Shown here piece after piece: positions 32,191 through 41,397 of a DNA stretch of 41,397 bases. Under the pieces are notes generated by a model. That model saw nothing but the letters and a program-made list of their open reading frames with translations, searched no databases and was not told the DNA's origin. Made by a program: the position numbers and the translations under genes. The first letter of the stretch is position 1. Each line of letters begins with the position of its first letter. The stretch covers positions 55,042,421-55,083,817 of the forward strand of contig NC_068991.1 in the NCBI RefSeq assembly GCF_001194135.2, written 5' to 3'. This DNA comes from Octopus bimaculoides. Its lineage: Eukaryota.

Positions 32191-33467
32191 AAGTTGCTTT
32201 AAATATTATATATTTTAATACACTAAAAATATTTTTTGAGTATATGCTACTGAAAACGGAGATGTGTCTGATATGTTTGTATATCTTTTATGCCATCAAA
32301 TAAGGTAAATTGAAAGCTTTTTGTAATATTAGGAAATCCAAACTTCTGTTAGAGTGGGTCTAAGAAAAACTAGAACATTCTTCTGCGAGACACTTTTTCA
32401 CATCAAATCTAAAATGCTATCAAAACCTGTTGGTTTGGTGATAAAAACAGAAATTTAACGAATTTCTTCAGAAATGTTTGACCTTGAGGTCCGCTTCATG
32501 ACTCTTATCATGAGATGCCTATTCCACCCTCCCTGCTTTCTGAGTGATAACATTTTCAACATTACAATATTACTCCTGTTTTCCAAAAATTAGATTAGAG
32601 GACTACTTTAGCAAGACATGAACTGCAAATACTCACTCTCTTTGCTTTATAATATGTATGTATTAAATTTTAATATTGCTGCATATCTTTTTTTTATGAT
32701 GTTCCTCTCCACTTTCATGGTTGTATCTGGAGGTTTTACCTAGAAATACTTCAGAAGTATGCATTGCCATTACCAAAGTGGATGGCTTTCTTAACGTTGT
32801 GTAGTGAACATCTGGATGTTTGTGCTGGCTGTGAGAATAATAACTGAAGCAAACTCATAAAAATTTAACTTGATATTTAATGCTGGACATAAACATATTT
32901 GGAGTTGGCTATTTACAATGAATGATATTAGTAATTGCCAAATGGGATAAAAAGAAAAACTGCTCTGAAAATATAGAAGGCTATCTGTATTACAACAAAA
33001 ATACACAAAACCATCTATGCAAATCTCCAAATTGATTTGTAGCATCAGCAGTCTGTTGGCCATCTGCCAGGCAAGAGTAGAAGCACATGAGTCAGTGAGC
33101 TGCCTTCAACACTCTGTGCCAAGCCAAAGCACCAAAACTGTTTTTATAAGGGTCAAGAAGTTAAATTTTAGAAAACTTGAGAAAACCAAATCATGCCACA
33201 GCTTTGTGCCAATAGGTTAATTTAAAGACCAATCATGTTAAACTGTGGTGGCTCACCCATGGTGTCTGATTGTGTATCTAGTGGTTAGGTTTTGAATGAT
33301 TAAGTTTTGAGTCTTCACTACACTTGTTTTCTATGAAAAGCTTAATCATTTAATTTAGTTTGTATGAATAGAAATAAATACAGTTTATGGACAAGCTGAC
33401 TTGTTCTTGTTTTCATTTTCATTTAGCCTATTGAAATAAGCTTTTTGGACACTTATTAGACTATCGA

Positions 33468-33530
33468 AGAAATAAAATCCTGGCTTCACTTGTCAGAGAA
33501 ATAAAATCCTGTCAAAGAAATAAAATCCTG
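33468..33530 (+). repeat. Three copies of AGAAATAAAATCCTG
   Basis: Copies at 33468, 33497 and 33516. Confidence 0.85.
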
Positions 33531-34027
33531 GGTTCATTTGCTCCAGTTCTTCACAGTGTGTTGATTCTGATCAGACAGGTTTTTTCCTAGTTACACTTTG
33601 TTTTGCTATGAGTGTGATGATTAAAAGCTATGTTGTTCCATCGTAGGAGTTTCTCACAGTCTGAACTGATATAGTTTACATGTATATGTTTTCTCATGAA
33701 TGATGCAACTAGTAACTATGCTGCACCTACTTGTTAATGTACCTGTTAAACACTTTACTGTGTGTAAATCACAGATGCACCAGTATTTTCTGCTTACTAC
33801 TAAATTATTTACCCACAAATTGCTGAAACATAAAGTGTAAATTTCGTGACAAATATTTCAAAGAATGGCCATGTATTAAACAAAGGAAAAGTTTATTTTG
33901 GATTTGACTGTAGAGTATGTAATGGTACATTTAATATTTAACATGACAAGAAATCTGATGTAAAACATTAAAACTGCTAAACACAAATGATGCATTCTGT
34001 CCTTGGATATCTCAACTCCAAAAATAA

Positions 34028-34507
34028 CATATTTATTGATTAAGATAGATACAGAAAAAGTATAATAATAATAATTATAATACTCACATGGTGCCTGACA
34101 TCATGACTCATTTAACTCAGATAACTGCATGAATAAATTTCTACTAGCAATATTTTATGATAATAAAAGTGCATGTGACCTTTTTAATGTGATAAGTATA
34201 TATGTAAACCACTCTACATATATATATATATATATTGGTGTTGCCATCCGGTTTCACCAGTCCTCAGTCAAATCGTCCAACCCACGCTAGCATGGAAAGC
34301 GGACATTAAACGACGATGATGATGATGATGATATATATGCACTTTTATTATCATATTACCATGCATTTTATTATTATAAAATACTGCTAGTAGAAATTTA
34401 TTCATACAGTTATCTGAGTTGAATGGCACATGATGTCAGGCAGCATGTGAATATTATAATTATTATTATTATACTTTTTCTGTATCTCTCTTAATCAATA
34501 AATATGT
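34028..34507. repeat. Foldback/MITE-like element with arms of about 150 bp, (TA)n centre and an inserted RTE tail (about 34237-34332)
   Basis: 34028-34175 is the reverse complement of about 34357-34507. Confidence 0.85.
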
Positions 34508-34509
34508 AT

Positions 34510-36585
34510 ACATTCAAAGCCCAGGCATTTAGCTTAGTGAGGGACTTAGAATTTCTGGGAGGACGCTTCCAGTGGAGACTAAAACTGGAAGGGCCCATCT
34601 CATTAGTGCCTATTCCCCAATTCTAACAGCAGAAAATGAGAAGAAAGATCAGATTTACGAGGAACTTCAGGATGTGATCAACAGTGTCCCAAAGGCAGAC
34701 CAACTCTTTCTCATGGGCAATTTCAATGCATGAGTAGGTGCTGATCACCAAGCATGGCCCAACTGCTTTGGACAGTTTGGACTGGGGAAAATTAATGAGA
34801 ATTGCCAGAGACTCTTAGAATTCTGCACAAATAACAACCTGTGCATTGCAAACACTTTCTACAAAGGCAAAGACCAGCATAAAGTTTCTTGGTGCCATCC
34901 AAGATCAGGTCATTGGTACCAGATTGACTTTGTCATCGTCAGAAAGAATGATGTCAACACTGTGAAGCAAACAAGATCCTTCCACAGTGCAGACTGTAAC
35001 ACAGATGATCTGTTCGTTATAGCCAAGGTAAAAATGGTCACAAAGAAAACACCAAGAGCTGAAAAACCAAAGAAACATAAGATCAAAGAAACCTAAGATC
35101 AAAACAAAACCTAAGATCAAAACAAAACCTAAGATCAAAACAAAACCTAAGATCAAAACAAAACCTAAGATCAAAACAAAACCTAAGATCAAAACAAAAA
35201 ACACCCAAGATCCAGTGATGAAATCCAAATTTCAAGAATATGTTGAAGAACAGCTCCAAAACTTATATAGGTCATCCCCTGACGACATATGGAACAACAT
35301 GAAATCAGCAATATATGATTCTGTGTCAAGGGCCTTTGGAACGGATCGATTTTCCAAGGAGGACTGGATTGAAGCCAATGCATCAATACTAATGCCATTA
35401 CTTGAGAAAAAGTGCAAGATCTTCATAAAGCACAATAGAAAGCCAACAGAAAGTACAAAGCAACAGCTACATGCTGCAAAATCTAACATTCAAAAAGAAA
35501 CTAGAAAATGTGCCAACCAGTACTAGGATAAATTATGCTTAGAAATTCAACAGCCGAGTGACATGGGTAACATCAGGAAAATGTATGAAAAGATTAGAGT
35601 TGCTGTCAGACTGACAGTGAGTAAAGTGGCACCTCTCAAGTCTGCAACAGGTGACCAGCTGACGGACAAGAAGAAACAAATGGAAAGATGGGTGGAATAT
35701 TACTTTCAATTGTACACAAAAGAGTGAGATGTTGATGGACAGCTTGATGAGGCCATTCCTCAGCTCCCCGAAATGACAGAACTTGATATACAACCAACGG
35801 AAGAACTCTCCACTGCAATCGATGACCTTGCAAGCAGAAAAGCACTTGGAAATGACAATATACCTGCTGAAGTGTTGAAAGAGAACAAAGATGTCCTCCT
35901 TCCACATTTACACTAGTTACTAAAGATTTGTTGGTTGAAAGTAAAAATTCCACAGGATATGAAAGATCCCAAGATCATCACTCCCTACAAAAATAAAGGG
36001 GACAAGGGAGATTGTAATAACTACAGAGGCATCTCACTTCTGAGCATCACTGGAAAAGCTTTTGTGAGGATCATTCTGAAACGACTTCAGAAGCTAGCAG
36101 AAAGAGTAATACCAGAGAGCCAGTGTGGTTTTAGATCTAACTGCTCAACAATGGATATGATCTTCATTTGTCAACTACAAGAAAAATGCCAGGAGCAGCA
36201 ATTACCACTATATATAGCATTTATCAATCTGACAAAGGCATTTGATACAGTCAGCAGATCAGGACTGTACATGATGCTTGGTAAATGTGGCTGTCCCCCA
36301 ATACTGCTGCAGCTCATTGTTTCGTTCCATGATATGAAGGCCACCATTCAGTTTGACAGTTTAATATCAGATAGCTTCAACATCAACAACAGAGTAAAAC
36401 AAGGTTGTGTCTTAGCACCAATCCTTTTCAGCATTTACTTTGCTGTATTGCTGCAGTATGCATTACAAGAGTTGCTGGGAGATGTCTACCTTTGTTGGAG
36501 AACTGATGGGTCACTCTTTGATCTTTCTAGACTTCGGGTCAAGACTAAGATCAATAGAGCAACAATAAGAAACTTTCTCTTTGCC
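34510..36585 (+). pseudogene. RTE (BovB-like) LINE ORF2, EN plus RT, disrupted and 3'-truncated; longest open piece 35935-36612
   Basis: LISAYSP, LMGNFNA, WYQIDFVIV (EN); YKNKGDKGDCNNYRGISLLS, PESQCGFR, FINLTKAFDTVSR, VKQGCVLAPILF (RT); homology ends at FLFA. Confidence 0.95.
35075..35200 (+). repeat. 18-bp minisatellite AAAACAAAACCTAAGATC, five perfect units at 35101-35190 plus partial units
   Basis: Seen directly; lies inside the RTE ORF2 linker. Confidence 0.95.
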
Positions 36586-36966
36586 ACTTCCTCTCTCTCT
36601 CATTGCTATTAGTTTCTGTCACTCCCTCTCAGTCAGGGCTATTACTCTCACTACCTCTCCTTCACTGAATTACTATTCTCTCTCCGCTCCCTTCACTCAT
36701 AGTACTCTTTCTCCTACTCCCTTCTGCGTGATTTTGGGACAAATATATATATATACATACATACATATATATANNNNNNNNNNNNNNNNNNNNNNNNNNN
36801 NNNNNNNNNNNNNNNNNNNNNNNNNNNNNNNNNNNNNNNNNNNNNNNNNNNNNNNNNNNNNNNNNNNNNNNNNNNNNNNNNNNNNNNNNNNNNNNNATAT
36901 ATATATATAAATATATAAAAACACTATGCTCATTATTATAATAGGAAATATATATATATATATATA

Positions 36967-37425
36967 TAATGCAGAAGTAAGAATCAAATTTTGGCAAATC
37001 AAATTCACATATACATTTATATTTATTCAGTCCGAGACCCAACAAGCATGAATTTCTTCAAAAGTATATTTAATACATCAAACATATTAAAAATATATAG
37101 GTATATAAAAACATATAGAGTAATCAATACTTTAAAAATATACATATAAAAAATATAAATATATAGATATATGCATTAAAAATATGTTGTAAAAATAAAT
37201 ACATATACAGGTTGACTTACAGATTATAAAATGATATCATAAAAAGAGTTAAGAGTCTATAAGATAAAAAATTTAGGTGTTACTAATCCAGTTAATAATT
37301 CTATGGCTGTTTCTAGGGGCCTGGTTGTCCAGTCATGAAAAAGATATTTACATCCATTTTTGGACACCACATCCTTGCTACATGTGAATTTGATTTGCCT
37401 AAATTTGATTCTTGCTTCTGTATTA
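36967..37425. mobile_element. MITE-like element with TIRs of about 46 bp and an AT-rich interior
   Basis: TAATGCAGAAGTAAGAATCAAATTTTGGCAAATCAAATTCACAT matches the reverse complement of 37379-37425 with few mismatches. Confidence 0.7.
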
Positions 37426-37510
37426 TTCTAATGCCTCAGGTTTGAATATCTTGAGCACTTCAAAGTGAGGTCTGTGCATTGGAGTAAATCCTTTTCCTTA
37501 TTATCATATA

Positions 37511-37984
37511 CTAGCAGTATAGCCCGGCTTTGCCCGGGATTAAGTTGGGATTATTAAGCTAATCAAGTTCTTTATTTCAAACCAAACTAAGTAACATGAC
37601 GTCAAATTTGGGCAGAATCAGTGTTGCAACTGGAGTGCATGGGTTGAGAGTTTGATCGGCAGAGGTGATCAGGTTACACATGCCATCCCTTTGAAAACAC
37701 CACCGCCATCATCTAACCCCACTTTGCTCATGGGTTAGGAACGCGGAGAACATTATTTTTCTTTGTGGTTGGGTCGTTGATGACCTCATTCTAGCATATT
37801 GGATGTCCACCTAGTGGTCATCCCTTATACACGTGTAATACAATTTTTTCTGAAAATTCAGAAAAAATTGTTATATGCTAAGCCACTTGGTTTTAAATTG
37901 AATTAATATTCAATTTATCATCCTATCTGCGGTGCTCCAGCATGGTCGCAGTCAAATGACTGAAACAAGTAAAAGAGTAAAAGA

Positions 37985-38024
<40 letters not shown>

Positions 38025-39117
38025 GAGCAACACACACATATACACACGCACGTATGTACACCAATTGCATACATATTTTTTGTACGCATACATGTTCGTN
38101 NNNNNNNNNNNNNNNNNNNNNNNNNNNNNNNNNNNNNNNNNNNNNNNNNNNNNNNNNNNNNNNNNNNNNNNNNNNNNNNNNNNNNNNNNNNNNNNNNNNN
38201 NNNNNNNNNNNNNNNNNNNNNNNNNNNNNNNNNNNNNNNNNNNNNNNNNNNNNNNNNNNNNNNNNNNNNNNNNNNNNNNNNNNNNNNNNNNNNNNNNNNN
38301 NNNNNNNNNNNNNNNNNNNNNNNNNNNNNNNNNNNNNNNNNNNNNNNNNNNNNNNNNNNNNNNNNNNNNNNNNNNNNNNNNNNNNNNNNNNNNNNNNNNN
38401 NNNNNNNNNNNNNNNNNNNNNNNNNNNNNNNNNNNNNNNNNNNNNNNNNNNNNNNNNNNNNNNNNNNNNNNNNNNNNNNNNNNNNNNNNNNNNNNNNNNN
38501 NNNNNNNNNNNNNNNNNNNNNNNNNNNNNNNNNNNNNNNNNNNNNNNNNNNNNNNNNNNNNNNNNNNNNNNNNNNNNNNNNNNNNNNNNNNNNNNNNNNN
38601 NNNNNNNNNNNNNNNNNNNNNNNNNNNNNNNNNNNNNNNNNNNNNNNNNNNNNNNNNNNNNNNNNNNNNNNNNNNNNNNNNNNNNNNNNNNNNNNNNNNN
38701 NNNNNNNNNNNNNNNNNNNNNNNNNNNNNNNNNNNNNNNNNNNNNNNNNNNNNNNNNNNNNNNNNNNNNNNNNNNNNNNNNNNNNNNNNNNNNNNNNNNN
38801 NNNNNNNNNNNNNNNNNNNNNNNNNNNNNNNNNNNNNNNNNNNNNNNNNNNNNNNNNNNNNNNNNNNNNNNNNNNNNNNNNNNNNNNNNNNNNNNNNNNN
38901 NNNNNNNNNNNNNNNNNNNNNNNNNNNNNNNNNNNNNNNNNNNNNNNNNNNNNGGTATACGCGGGTACCTCTGAGAGAGAAAGTTCACTAAAATGCACAT
39001 AGGGTCATTCCGAATCTTCTCCTAAAATTGGAGCGACATACGTGCTAATTTGTGGACGTGCATAAACCACATTCACGTACACACACACACACAAACATCC
39101 TCTGTTTTATAGATATT
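37511..39117 (-). mobile_element. Non-autonomous Helitron spanning a SINE fragment and an N gap
   Basis: Minus-strand 3' end CCCGGGCAAAGCCGGG hairpin, then CTAG|T; candidate 5' end TCAATATCTATAAAA at about 39117. Continuity across the gap is assumed. Confidence 0.6.
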
Positions 39118-39199
39118 GACTAGCAGTATAGCCCGGCGCTGCTCGGGATTAAGCTAGGATTATTAAGTGATCAAGTGCTTTATTTCAAACCAAAATAAG

Positions 39200-39375
39200 T
39201 TTGACAACCAATGCTGGTGTGTTTACGTCCCCGTAACTTAGCAGTTCGGCAAAAAGAGACCGATAGAATAAGTACTAGGCTTACAAAGAATAAGTCCTGG
39301 GGTCAATTTGCTCGACTAAAGGCGGTGCCCCAGCATGGCTGCTATCAATTGACTGAAACAAGTAAAAGAGTAAAG
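39200..39375 (+). mobile_element. SINE type A 3' half (CpG-rich, young-looking)
   Basis: Reverse complement of 3638-3790. Confidence 0.9.
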
Positions 39376-39419
39376 AGAGAGAATAATCAAAAACGTCAAT
39401 ACTTTCAAATGTCTTAGAT

Positions 39420-39598
39420 CACACATAGTAGACTCCCAAAAGGACTTTTGCATCCACAAAGCTCTTTCTCAGGATGCATGTAACAGACTTGATAAAATCT
39501 GGCACTCAAACCTTCCACCCATGTTAAAAGTTAAAATATTAGAACACTGATTGAGCTGATCCTTCTCTATGGATCAGAGACCTGGACCTTATTGGCTC
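39420..39598 (+). mobile_element. RTE ORF2 C-terminal fragment
   Basis: DSQKDFCIHKAL..ACNRLDKIWHSNL...ILLYGSETWTL. Confidence 0.75.
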
Positions 39599-41053
39599 TC
39601 TAAGAAATTTTACAGATAAATAAAGTATAAAACCAAGTTTTTAGTTTAATAATACTTTTATTACCAAATTTTTGTGAAAAATCTATTCGCAACCAACATC
39701 CTTGACTGCTTGTTTCCTTCAAAAGAATTTTCAAGTCTTCCTTTCCTCTTGTGTGAGTTAAGGCCACATAAAGCTGGCTGTGACTAAATATGGGGGCTGG
39801 CAAGTAAATACCAACATTTTTGAAGCAACGTTTCCTTTTAGTTGCACTCTCCATTACTGAAACCAACCTCAAGTCATATGACTTAAAGCCACAAAAAGCA
39901 GTCTGTGACTTATAGTTGATGTTGTAAAAACTCCCTATTCAAAATTTATTGCATAAATTTCTTAATATAAATAAATTAGGCACATGTATGAATTATCAAA
40001 TGTGTATTTATAATATACCTTTCAACTGCAGTCGTTTTATATTCTTAATACACTCAGACAAAAATTATTTTCTCTAATGAGTTTGTATATGTATATGTTT
40101 GTGTAGATGTGCATGATTGTAATAATTATTTTTAACAAAACAGATAGAATATGGATAGAAAATCAAATTAATACACTTGTCAAATGTTATCTAGTCGTTG
40201 TCTTTTGAGATGTGACATCGATCAGTGTTTGTTACTGAAAGAACATTGGTTCACACATACAAACATACACATACTTCCCTTGTGCACGCACACACATACA
40301 CACAGTTGAAATGCTGTTTGATTTTTCTTTTCAGCATTGAATGTTCACTATCCCACTTCCATTGTACACACACAAATGTTCATATATCTCCCTTTTATAT
40401 ATACACGCATATACTCACACAGAGTTGAAATGAAATGCATAGAATTTCCATCATCCCACTACCGAGTTTACCATCACCCCTTCCTTCCTCATTCATATGT
40501 TGTGATGGAAGAAAAACACAAGTATTATTATACTAGATGATAACCCACTCAAGATACAACAAAGTATTCAACACACAAATTCACATCAAGAATGGCCACA
40601 GTCTTAGGGCTGAAATGTATAAAAGAAAACGAGTGTGTGTGTATGTGTATGTGTGTCTATGTGAGTGTGTGTGTGTGTGTGTGTATGTGTGTGTGTGAGT
40701 TAGTTTTATTGTTTTTATTTTTGTCTTATGTCAATACCTAACTTTCTAAGCGAGTGTGGAGTAAGCAGGAAGTTGGCTATTACTAACTCGAGAGAGACAG
40801 TGGGCATAGAGATTTTAACTAATTGCCAATTTATTAAAAAGCTTTACTCTCCACTGTTTCAAGCATGGTAGATGGATTACAAGTAGCGGATGATACTACT
40901 TTTAAACATAACAGGATACTGTTTTGTTTTTGTTTCTTAATTTTAATTTGTGCTACTTGCAACTTGAAAATTTTAACATTTGAATATAAGATTCCTATTG
41001 AATATCACATTGAATTGTCAGCATAGTACAACAGAACTGACCTATATAACATA

Positions 41054-41150
41054 CTAGCAGAAACACCCGGCGTTGCCCGGGTTAAAGAGAATAATGAAAT
41101 CTAAAAACGCCGTCTAGACTACGCAACCCTCAACTGTTAGTAGCTAAGAT
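41054..41150 (-). mobile_element. Helitron 3' terminus (third copy type)
   Basis: CCCGGGCAACGCCGGG hairpin followed by TGTTTCTGCTAG|T on the minus strand. Confidence 0.7.
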
Positions 41151-41397
41151 ACCATATTTCTACATTAATAACTCTCCAATCCATGCCAGCATGGAACATA
41201 GATATTAAGTGGAATGCTAGAAGAAAGTTTTCAACTCATATGTATATAAAGTAAATACACGTAATTCAGAAACACGTTTTTGTGTATCTTATTTCGTAAC
41301 CAAACAAACAGGTACAGATTATAAATAATGAAAGGCCAATTTTGGTGATTCATTTGACAGAGGTAGTAGAGAGACAATGCGATGATAAATCTGAGGT

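Larger units (their letters stand above)
39120..39900 (-). mobile_element. Helitron 3' part: PIF1-type helicase C-terminal relic (39600-39870) plus hairpin/CTAG terminus, with SINE and RTE insertions
   Basis: FKNVGIYLPAPIFSHSQLYVALTHTR matches the PIF1-type VFSHGQLYVALSR motif; the terminus 39120-39200 is homologous to 37511-37590. Confidence 0.75.

Noticed and set aside
32690-32850. Open frames on both strands (EILQKYALPLPKWMAFLTLCSEHL; HKHPDVHYTTLRKPSTLVMAMHTSEVFL)
   Set aside because: Strand is ambiguous, no homolog recognised, and the minus version is not phase-compatible with the next candidate exon.
2594-39002. Long ORFs of 300-360 aa in the supplied track (2594-3670, 10642-11609, 37918-39002 and similar)
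   Set aside because: They are made of X residues from N gaps.
40750-40870. Exon-like frames on both strands
   Set aside because: Weak splice sites and no recognisable homology.

Overview
Repeat-dense eukaryotic draft-assembly DNA with six N gaps. The SINE repertoire and microsatellite density suggest an octopus or other coleoid cephalopod (inference). I found no intact, recognisable host gene and no RNA gene. The window is mostly nested, decayed mobile elements: (1) tRNA-derived SINEs of at least four types; (2) RTE, CR1-type, Dong/R4-type and L1/Tx1-type LINE fragments; (3) Gypsy integrase and LTR pieces; (4) Tc1, mariner, hAT, Chapaev3-like and piggyBac-like DNA transposons and MITEs; (5) Helitrons. 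The most interesting region is 27.7-31.3 kb. Between two LTR-like repeats lie two tandem L1/Tx1-type ORF1 units. One is an apparently ORF2-less (HAL1-like) element whose 3' end matches the tail of a SINE elsewhere in the window. The other is fused in frame to a Gypsy integrase fragment. Also notable are several long inverted repeats that could form dsRNA, a phase-compatible set of candidate minus-strand exons of unrecognised identity, and an Illumina adapter remnant at a gap edge. All family assignments come from motif recognition, not database searches, and element boundaries without a target-site duplication (TSD) are approximate.
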